A stretch of 64,000 nt of DNA, from positions 1,178,001 to 1,242,000 of the forward strand of contig CATNEN010000009.1 in assembly GCA_950097015.1 (NCBI GenBank), given 5' to 3'. Positions 11,902-64,000 of the stretch are shown here, in pieces. The stretch is from Macrostomum hystrix (taxonomy: Eukaryota; Animalia; Platyhelminthes). The translations under genes and the position numbers were made by a program. The notes under the pieces were generated by a model. It was not told where the DNA came from, searched no databases, and saw only the letters and a list, made by a program, of their open reading frames with translations. Position 1 is the stretch's first letter; the number at the start of each line of letters is the position of its first letter.

Positions 11902-12637
11902 ACGATTCATATTCAAAGATGCGGCCACAAGCCTTTACACATATTGAGAGCCCGTACTAGTAAGCTGAAACGAGACAAAGATTGGATGATGTAGGCAACA
12001 AACAATGAGAGGCTTGCCAGCCAGCCATTGTATGTGGCTTATTTGTCTGTTACTATGGACAGTGAACAGCCCTTTCTGCGGCAGTTTTCATTGTGTTAGG
12101 AGAAGCAGCCCATTGTCCGGACCGCTATAGGCTGACTGGCTGTCAGATGTCTTATAAAATTATTTGAAAACCTGGAACAAAGAAGTAAAAAAGAGACACG
12201 CATGATGTGGAAAATTAGTTTATAAAATGAAAACGCCACCAAAAATACAAAGCCTCATTTACAGAGAAGAAGCCAGAATAACAATGGGCCCTCCTGGAGG
12301 CCCGGCTGGAGATGAAAAGCGGTGGCAGAGCGAAGGCAACAGGCGGGGAGGTCAGCAGAAGTAAAGAACTGTGCCAATGCTTGTGTTGCTAATAGAGCCA
12401 CCCTACTGGGGAACTTTATTCATCTGTTCAGAAACATTCGCACACCTTTTACATTTTGTTCATCTTTCATTTTGTCTTACTAATCCCGATTAAATATCTG
12501 GAACGGACAATTGAAGTTGTTCATTGCGAGGTATTTCCTGAACAATTGACTTTTGGTCGTCACTCAATAAAACACAACGCATGAAAAATATATTTAGAAA
12601 ACCAAGAGGATCATGAGCCGTTTCGTCGTGAGCAGTA

Positions 12638-14545
12638 GGGATTCCCATTCTTCCCCTACCCCAAGGATTCCCATTCTTCCTTCACCTTCCCCAGGGATTT
12701 TCATTCTTCCCCTACCCCAAGGATTCCCATTCTTCCCCCTACCCAAAGGATTCCCATTCTTCTGCTACACCAGGGATTCCCATTCTTCTACTACACCAGG
12801 GATTCCCATTCTTCTCCTTACACCAGGGATTCCCATTCTTCTACTACACCAGGGATTCCCATTCTTCTACTACACCAGGGATTCCCATTCTTCTACTTAC
12901 ACCAGGGATTCCCATTCTTCTACTTACACCAGGGATTCCCATTCTTCTACTACACCAGGGATTCCCATTCTTCTACTACACCAGGGATTCCCATTCTTCT
13001 ACTTACACCAGGGATTCCCATTCTTCTACTACACCAGGGATTCCCATTCTTCTACTTACACCAGGGATTCCCATTCTTCTGCTACACCAGGGATTCCCAT
13101 TCTTCTACTTACACCAGGGATTCCCATTCTTCTACTACACCAGGGATTCCCATTCTTCTACTACACCAGGGATTCCCATTCTTCTACTACACCAGGGATT
13201 CCCATTCTTCTACTACACCAGGGATTCCCATTCTTCTACTACACCAGGGATTCCCATTCTTCTACTACACCAGGGATTCCCATTCTTCTACTACACCAGG
13301 GATTCCCATTCTTCTACTACACCAGGGATTCCCATTCTTCTTCTACACCAGGGATTCTCATTCTTCCCCTACCCCAAGGATTCCCATTCTTCTTCTACAC
13401 CAGGGATTCTCATTCTTCCCCTACCCCAAAGATTCCCATTCTTCTTCTACACCAGGGATTCCCATTCTTCCCCTACCCCAAGAATTCCCATTCTTCCCCT
13501 ACCCCAGGGATTCCCATTCTTCTACTACACCAGGGATTCCCATTCTTCCCCTACCCCAGGGATTCCCATTCTTCTACTACACCAGGGATTCCCATTCTTC
13601 CCCTACCCAAGGATTCCCATTCTTCTACTACACCAAGGATTCCCATTCTTCTACTACCCCAGGGATTCCCATTCTTCTACTACACCAGGGATTCCCATTC
13701 TTCCCCTACCCCAAGGATTCCCATTCTTCCCCTACACCAAGGATTCCCAATCTTCCTCTACCCCAGGGATTCCCATTCTTCTACTACACCAGGGATTCCC
13801 ATTCTTCCCCTTACATCAGGAATTACCATTCTTCTCCTTCCGCGGGGATTTCCGATTTTCTCCCTACCCCAAGGATTCCCATTTTTCCCCTACACCAGGG
13901 ATTAAAACTCTTCCCCTTCCCTATGGATTTCCATTATTCTCCTTCCCCAGTGATTCCCATTCTTCGCCCTACCCCAGAGATTCCCATTCTTCTGCTACAC
14001 CAGGGATTCCCATTCTTCCCCTACCCCAAGGATTCCCATACTTCCTTCTCCTTCCCCAGGGATTTCCATTCTTCTCCTTCCGCAGGGATTCCCATTTTTC
14101 TCCCTTCTTCAGGGATTCCCATTCTTCCCCTACCCCAAGGATTCCCATTTTTCTTCTACACCAGGGATTCCCATTCCTCTCCCTACACCAGGGATTCTCA
14201 TTCTTCCCCTACCCCAAGGATTCCCATTCTTCTGCTACACCAGGGATTCCCATTCTTCCCCTACCCCAAGGATTCCCATACTTCCTTCTCCTTCCCCAGG
14301 GATTTCCATTCTTCTCCTTCCGCAGGGATTCCCATTTTTCTCCCTTCTTTAGGGATTCTCATTCTTCCCCTACCCCAAGGATTCCCATTCTTCTCCTTCC
14401 TCAGGGATTTCTGTTCGGTTGTTCTCCCTACCCCAAGGATTCCCATTCTTCTACTACACCAGGGATTCTCATTCTTCTACTACACCAGGGATTCTCATTC
14501 TTCTACTACACCAGGGATTCCTATTATTCCCCTACGCCTGGGATT
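12638..14545. repeat. Variable 25-28-bp minisatellite accagggattcccattcttctactac
   Basis: Homogeneous centre, diverged flanks. Confidence 0.95.
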
Positions 14546-14604
14546 TCCCCAGCAGGTGAGGCAGGGCGGTCGAAATCCATCGAGGCAGCAGCGACGACAG
14601 GGCT

Positions 14605-14820
14605 GTTAGATATTGAAGTGTTAGATATTTAAGTGTTAGATTTCTAAATTTTAGATATTGAAATGTTAGATATTGAAATGTTAGATATAGAAGCTGCAGT
14701 TAGATGTTTTAGCTGTTATATAGTTAAGCTGTTATATATTTAGGCTGTTACATATTAAAGCCGTTAGATATTAAAGTTTTAGATACTGAAATTTTAGATA
14801 TTAAAGCTGTTAGATATTGG
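14605..14820. repeat. Degenerate gttagatattgaa repeat
   Basis: Directly visible. Confidence 0.7.
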
Positions 14821-14972
14821 AGTTTTTTAGTTTTTAAAGATAATTATTTTTACGTGAACTGTAGCATTGATCTGAATAAACTTCCGAAGTTTGGGTTTCA
14901 CTAATCATGCCTAATTCAACGCCCTCTCTGCAACTGGCCCAGAAGAAATTAACTCAGTCTGGATAAACTCAC

Positions 14973-15069
14973 GAGGCGTGTTTCAGTTCCATCGGAACCA
15001 AAATCCACAACTGTAAAAATGGCCAATTCTTCAAAGAATACTCGAACGCTGGCTGTGGTGTATTTGGGC
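14973..15069 (-). CDS. Possible exon of a gene head-to-head with Fat (PKYTTASVRVFFEELAIFTVVDFGSDGTETRL)
   Basis: Acceptor ttcagcag|G, donor CTC|GTGAGT, one protein-like open frame. Confidence 0.3.
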
Positions 15070-16739
15070 CTGCTGAATGGCTTATTCCAGGTCAATCATA
15101 GCTCGTATGTCTAGTTGCCCTGCAGCACCGGAATTTATCATATTCTGCAGCAGCAGAAAAATAAACGCTAAAGTACACTTGTACGAAAGGAGTTCGTAGA
15201 GTAAGCTACAATAACATGAATGTCTCCTAAGGAAGACTAAATTAACGCCTTCTTTAGCATTTCTAGTCCTCTTATTGTTCTTACTGTACATTACATACTG
15301 TTCGTAACAGTATAATATACGTTGATCCAAGAAAAGTCGAACTTTTTTACACAAAAGTAAATTAAAGTCCGTCTAAGTAAAAGTATCCTGGGATTACGTT
15401 ATGTTTAGTATTTAAAAGTATTTAGGACTCAACTATTTAGTATTTAGTAGTATACTTGAAAATTTTATTAACAATTCAAGTGTGCCTTTAAATTAAAAAA
15501 ATCTCAAGCGAAAATGTTCGTTAAAAGTTGTCGTGTTCATAGTTTAAGTTCTATAATTTTTATGTAAAAGAATTATGTACACAGAACAATGGAATTTTTG
15601 GTGCGAAAAGCGATAAAAAATATTTTATTTTGTATTATATACGTTTGCATAAAATAATTTGTTTTTCTATTTCCTTCTGAACTTTTTATCACTTTTTAAA
15701 TAGCGAAGCAGTTTTGACTCAAAAGGACTTGCTGGGTAAAACTCTATTACGCGACATAATTTTTACTTATACTTAACGCCTTGGCATAAATGCAGAGGAA
15801 ATTTATATCTCTGTAAGCTTACTTTTGATTTCTATAAAACAATTGAGTTATTTCGATCGAAGAACGCAAAAAGTTACTATTACTATTATATATTTTTTAT
15901 ACATGATAGAGGACAAAAGCAATTGCAATAAAAAATCACGGGTTTCATTTTTTACAGACTATGCAAAATTTATAAAAACACATATGCTATAAGTTTTTCA
16001 TACACATTGAAAAGCAAAATCTAGTTTATCTTAAACAAAGTTCTATGAAATAATCTGCAATTGGCCATGTCTGTTTAGATATTCTAGTCATGCACATTTA
16101 AATACCATGCTACATCAAGTATGGTTTAATTTAGTGGTGGTAAATACTTTTAACTTCTACAAATAAAATTTGTTCTAAATTATTTATTTTTTTACTTCAG
16201 CTTCAGAACAGTCAAGCTTGATAGGTTTATTAATCTGTGCTCGTTGCAGAATAAATTATATTTTAAATCGATACCATATTGACATTGCCAAGTTACCTTT
16301 TTAGTTAAGAAACTATCATGACTACATATAATTTCAGCTTATTTATGTAATTTTGTGTATAATGTATGCATAATATATATTTGTTTAATTAACCGTTTAA
16401 TTTATACCATTATAACAAAACACATCGAACTAATTTTCCCCATCTCTATATAGATAGAATACCACTCGTATAATCTTAATAATGAATTATTAAAACTCTA
16501 TAATTACGTGACTAAAATATTTGCCTGTATTATATTTTTAATTATACTGACGGTTATATATATTTATTTACCTTGATATAGAAAACATCATGGGGTTGGT
16601 GCGGCCCAGTGCGCCCAGCCAGCCGACTCAAAAGCCCACCTCAACTAGACTGAGATTCAGGGGTTTGGAGTGCAGCTGCACTAGCGCTGGCCTGTCGCGT
16701 ATTGTTAAGACATTTTTAAGACTCCGTTAAAGAATCTGT

Positions 16740-16759
16740 TAAAATTTTCCTAAACGCAG
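16740..16759 (+). promoter_or_regulatory. Splice acceptor 27 nt upstream of the Fat ATG
   Basis: aaaattttcctaaacgcag|AGT. Confidence 0.45.
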
Positions 16760-16786
16760 AGTGCGCCGATAGTGACAGACCTGGCC

Positions 16787-58939
<42,153 letters not shown>

Positions 58940-59295
58940 GTGAGACGTGAGACTGGGATTGGGACAGGTGAGACTGGGATGGGAACAGGGGAGTCGGGGA
59001 TTGGCACAGGTGAGACTGGGATGGGAACAGGGGAGTCGGGGATTGGCACAGGTGAGACTGGGATGGGAACAGGGGAGTCGGGGATTGGCACAGTTGAGAC
59101 TGGGATTAGGGCAGGTGAGACTGGGATTGGGACAGGTGAGACTGAGACTGGCACAGGTGAGAGGGGGACTGGCACAGGTGAGAGGGGAACAGGCACAGGT
59201 GTGAGGGGGACTGGCACAGGTGAGAGGGGGACTGGCACAGGTGTGAGGGGGACTGGCACAGGTGGGAGGGGGACTGGCACAGGTGAGAGGGATTA
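58940..59295 (+). repeat. 21-bp repeat containing CAGGTGAGA
   Basis: Starts at the exon 14 donor. Confidence 0.93.
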
Positions 59296-60249
59296 GGAGA
59301 AGGGAAAGGGAATGGGGAAAGGTAGTCAAATATTTTTCTGGCTACCAGCAGGAAGCAGTTTGTCAAGCAGCAATGGACCAAGTGTAATAGGACATTTTCA
59401 CACTCGAAATCTGCAATGGAGGATGTCATTGAACTGTTGAATTCTGCGAAGGTGTTTTTTAAAAGGCTGAAGTATTCAAGCCCCGGCACTGTCTCGGGGC
59501 CACTCAAGTCCCTCGCGGGAGCCTTGGCCGGATGCCATCCACAACTGTCTGACTGGCTGTGTTTTCCCACCCGATTGACAGCCGAGTTCGGGTCAAGAGG
59601 TTGCCCCGTCCTGCTCTCTGACTTTCCCTGCGGGGATAAATTCCCTTCTGGGAGGTGTTTTCTCACCTCCAGTCCTTGCAGCTGCGCCCGCCGCATTTTT
59701 CTGTGGCTCCGGCAGCGTGAAACAACTGTAGTTCGAGCTGTAGTGGCAAGTCCATCTAAGCGAATCCGCGGCAGTCGCTGTTGACACCGGCGGGCCGGGG
59801 ACGGGTCCGCGGGTTGGGATTTGGGAATGGGGAGCAGATCCCCAGAGGCCCAGATATCCCCTCCCCTCCCAGCGTAGATCTGCCAGGCGGGCAATGGGTT
59901 CCGCGGGCCCAGGAATAAACATCGTGCGCCCACCGCTGTGCCGACCCGCCATCAATTTCGATTCTCCCTCGTCAGCGAGTTTTCACCGTTTTTCCTTTCC
60001 TGTCGCTGCTTCGTTCGCGCGCAACTCTGCGGCTGCGGAAGAATTTGATTGTCATGCTGGCGAGCTGCGTCGTTAATTTTTTATGCGACTTTTAGCAGCT
60101 CCCGGCAACAGATTGCAAAATCCGCTCCTGGGAGCCACTTTGCCCTTTTAAGTGAACCAATATAAATGTACTTTAAGAGTGCAAACCATTGCCTCACAAA
60201 GTGGAAATCTTTTACGAAGTTTCCAATTTAACGAATTTCAGATTTAATG

Positions 60250-61115
60250 AAGCTTCGGGGCTACGTGAAGTTTCGGAGTTGGTGAAGTTTCGGAGTTGAT
60301 GAAGCTTCGGAGTTGGTGAAGTTTCGGGGTTGGTGAAGTTTCGGACTTGGTGAAGTTTCGGGGTTGATGAAGCTTCAGAATCGGAGTTGGTGAAGTTTCG
60401 GAGTTGGTGAAGTTTCGGAGTTGGTGAAGTTTCGGAGTTGGTGAAGTTTCGGGGTTGATGAAGCTTCAGAATCGGAGTTGGTGAAGTTTCGGGGTTGATA
60501 AAGTTTCAGGGTTGGTGAAGTTTCGGAGTTGGTGAAGTTTCGGAGTTGATGAAGCTTCAGAATCGGAGTTGGTGAAGTTTCGGAGTTGGTGAAGTTTCGG
60601 AGTTGGTGAAGTTTCGGAGTTGGTGAAGTTTCGGAGTTGGTGAAGTTTCGGAGTTGGTGAAGTTTCGGAGTTGGTGAAGTTTCGGAGTTGGTGAAGTTTC
60701 GGGGTTGATGAAGCTTCAGAATCGGAGTTGGTGAAGTTTCGGGGTTGATAAAGTTTCAGGGTTGGTGAAGTTTCGGAGTTGGTGAAGTTTCGGGGTTGAT
60801 GAAGCTTCAGAATCGGAGTTGGTGAAGTTTCGGAGTTGGTGAAGTTTCGGAGTTGGTGAAGTTTCGGAGTTGGTGAAGTTTCGGGGTTGATGAAGCTTCA
60901 GAATCGGAGTTGGTGAAGTTTCGGGGTTGATGAAGCTTCAGAATCGGAGTTGGTGAAGTTTCGGAGTTGGGGAAGTTTCGGGGTTGGTGAAGTTTCGGAG
61001 TTGGTGAAGTTTCGGGGTTGATGAAGCTTCAGAATCGGAGTTGGTGAAGTTTCGGGGTTGATAAAGTTTCAGGGTTGGTGAAGTTTTGGGTTTTGATAAA
61101 GTTTCGGGGTTGGTG
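60250..61115. repeat. 17-bp satellite gaagtttcggagttggt with periodic gaagcttcagaatc units
   Basis: Directly visible. Confidence 0.96.
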
Positions 61116-62364
61116 AAGTTTCGAATCTACATGTGCATGATGGTTACTATTCTCGGACTAATAGGTATATTGGACGAAATTGCCATAGACAGCTTTGACT
61201 GGTCGGCGGCAAAAACTTCGGTATTTGAAGAGGCCCACCTGCTGCGCAGCTTTGATGAAGCTGGCTCCGGTTGCTAGGCGGTTGCCGGGGGGGGTCAGCC
61301 GGCGCCGCGGGAAGGCCTTGAAGGAAGTGCTTACAGTGGGGGAGACTTTGAAAGGATCTGCCAATGTTGCTTCTGTCAACAGAGCTGACGGCAGGGCCAG
61401 ATCCTAAATTTATCGACTTTCGCTCAAAGATGAATTACCAAATCATTCAAATGGGATATTTTTCCTAAATCGATTTTGCCTAAATTATCTACTCTCGTAT
61501 CGGCAAAAATACGGCCAAAAAATACTTCCCGATAAGTGGTCATTTGCTTTGGGAGCTTTTCCTGGTTTCCTGGTTCTTTCTCCAGGTAAAATAATTATCC
61601 CTTAGCAAATGAGCAGGATTCATTGTGTCCATTGCAGGATTTGGTGTTGGGGAGAAATCACGCGCAAGTTTCAGGTCGCCAGATTTCCCCCAGAATTCTT
61701 GGCATTTCCCGCAAAGAGCATCGCGCTGGACTAAGTGGCAGTCGTCCCTTGGAGGCGCCCTGACGCTGAAGTTCTTGGGAGACGGACAGCCCGACCGCAG
61801 CATTCCTCGCGTCCCTACAGACTCCTCTGCAATCGCTCATTCCGGTCCCTGCCCTTTCAGCTGCTTTTTTTACCTGGCTGCGGCACTAGAAACGGCCCCC
61901 CTTTCGACTATTTTTGCTGCCTCTTTGCCGAAGCAGTCGCGGCTTCAACACCTGCCATCGGCCGTCTGATGGCGGTCCTGAATGACGGATAAGATCAACT
62001 GTTTGTCAGGTGGGCGAGCGCCAAGAAGCTTTGTTTGCCGGCCAGTCAACCCCCCCCCTCGGAGCGGTTCGACTGGGCTTTTTGTTCCTCTTAGTTTTTT
62101 GCCAAGCTTGGTTGCTACGCAGACTGGGCAATGGGGTGGCCTGCCCCGATTGTCGACCAAGTCGGCTGGGCCTGACAGACAATCTCCGCCCCGCAGTCAC
62201 TAGTTCGTCTCCCGCAGCGAGTGGCTGGTCTGTCTGTCTTCCGTTAACACAGATTGCGTTCGCCTGAACAGTTATCCCCTAATAAATTTCCTCATTTCCA
62301 CCCCAGCTTTGCGTGTTGCATTGTGTCTTTAGGTCACGTGACTTTAGTTTAATAACTCTAGAGA

Positions 62365-63016
62365 TAGGATGAGACAGGGTGAGACAGGATGAGACAGGAT
62401 GAGACAGGGTGAGACAGGATGAGACAGGGGGAGACAGGGTGAGACAGGGTGAGACAGAGTGAGACGGGGTGAGACAGGATGAGACAGGATGAGACAGGGT
62501 GAGACAGGATGAGACAGGATGAGACAGGGTGAGACAGGATGAGACAGGGTGAGACAGGGTGAGACAGGGTGAGACAGAGTGAGACGGGGTGAGACAGGAT
62601 GAGACAGGATGAGACAGGATGAGACAGGGTGAGACAGGGTGAGACAGGGTGAGACAGGGTTAGACAGGGTGAGACAGGGTGAGACAGTATGAGACAGGGT
62701 TAGACAGGGTTAGACAGGGTTAGACAGGGTGAGACAGGGTGAGACAAGGTGAGACAGCGTGAGACAGGGTGAGACAGGGTGAGACAGGGTGAGACAGGGT
62801 GAGACAGGGTGAGACAGAGTGAGACAGAGTGAGACAGTATGAGACAGGGTGAGACAGGGTGAGACAGTATGAGACAGGGTGAGACAGTATGAGACAGGGT
62901 GAGACAGGGTGAGACAGAGTGAGACAGAGTGAGACAGTATGAGACAGGGTGAGACAGGGTGAGACAGAGTGAGACAGGGTGAGACAGTATGAGACAGGGT
63001 GAGACAGGGTGAGACT
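62365..63016. repeat. 10-bp repeat gggtgagaca
   Basis: Directly visible. Confidence 0.97.
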
Positions 63017-63774
63017 CTAGGCGGTGGTAACTCTAGTCACAGACCCAGCAGGCTGCTGCTGCTGCTGCTGCAGGTTCATATTTTCTCAAGAACTGCGGTG
63101 CACTGATTCCCAGACAACAATTCCTGGCCGGCTGGCAAAATTTCCTAAAATTTCCTAAATGCATTGGCGGAGTGACATTGGGGACCGCAGCTGGTAGTTT
63201 ATGGCTTCTAGCAAAATTGCCGACCCCCGGGACCTTGCCTGGCCTTTGTTCAAAGCCTGGACTAAAATGCGCCTTCAGCCGATTCGGCATCTTATCCCGT
63301 CGGAAACTTTTGATTGCGTCTCCAAGCACGCTTGAAAGTGAGGTCTTCCGCTTTGTAGCTAAAAGAAAACTGGAACTGTCCTGGCTGAGTTCTGCTCACT
63401 CGGGCAGCTGCGGGCTACTTTTCTTGGCAGGGGAAGAGTCTGCCTCAAAAGGAGAAGGGCAGCGGCCAAAGTGGCGAGCCGTCTTTTGGAAGGCTCGGCC
63501 TCCGGACCTCCGTGGGCTTTGGGGCCGAACCGGTCACAGAGGGCAGCCGGTTGGCGACTTTGGACGGAGAAATTCACAAAGGACTGGATTAGCCCATTAG
63601 TTTCGCTAATTAGGGCCAAACCGTGAACTGGCTTATCGCCAGAAGAAGCAAATTACGAGAGGGGGCCTCCAAATTTTAGAAGGGAAGTTGGGTGAGGCTA
63701 CTTTTAGTAGGACAGTTTGCGAATTCGCATCAGTTATAGTGCTTAATGAAGTAGTCATATCATCATCACATTTC

Positions 63775-64000
63775 AATATTATCCCCTCAATTAGGATATT
63801 ATCCTCTCAGTTAGGATATTATCCCCTCGGTTAGGATATTATCCCCTCGGTTAGGATATTATCCCCTCAGTTAGGATATTATCCCCTCAGTTAGGATATT
63901 ATCCCCTCAGTTAGGATATTATCCTCTCAGTTAGGATATTATCCCCTCGGTTAGGATATTATCCCCTCGGTTAGGATATTATCCCCTCGGTTAGGATATT
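63775..64000. repeat. 20-bp repeat ttaggatattatcccctc(a/g)g (runs off the window)
   Basis: Directly visible. Confidence 0.95.

Noticed and set aside
12613-14609. 430-aa and 228-aa repetitive ORFs
   Set aside because: Minisatellite translations with no domain content; the same applies to ORFs at 24.2-25.2, 31.9-33.7, 35.5-37.6, 53.7-54.6 and 56.1-57.1 kb
59416-62267. Short ORFs (60-120 aa) in unique intronic DNA after exon 14
   Set aside because: No cadherin or other recognisable motifs and no convincing splice-site pairs; the same applies to 50.5-53.1 and 54.7-56.1 kb
62365-64000. Telomere-like repeats
   Set aside because: Units (gggtgagaca; ttaggatattatcccctcgg) are not TTAGGG arrays, and the Fat gene must continue beyond them

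Overview
Eukaryotic (animal) genomic DNA. GC-rich exons sit among introns packed with many unrelated mini/microsatellites and a tRNA-headed SINE. The style resembles the flatworm Macrostomum, but this is an inference from sequence style, not a database result. The + strand carries a giant Fat-type protocadherin. I reconstructed 14 coding exons by hand from 16787 to 58939, about 3,500 codons with a signal peptide and roughly 30 cadherin repeats. No TM, EGF or LamG region is reached, so the gene continues past the window. The - strand at 0.2-15 kb carries an intronless, low-GC, stand-alone EEP (DNase I/APE/CCR4-fold) nuclease ORF with a long Ala/Lys helical insert, plus exons of one or two unidentified genes. 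Most long ORFs in the track are translations of tandem repeats. The most unusual signals are: (i) the EEP gene and its apparently dicistronic or operon-like link to the upstream exon; (ii) tandem repeats that start at, or are built from, splice sites (a triplicated acceptor, nine extra donors, an AG|GT array); (iii) inverted SINE copies and an inverted satellite pair able to fold Fat introns.
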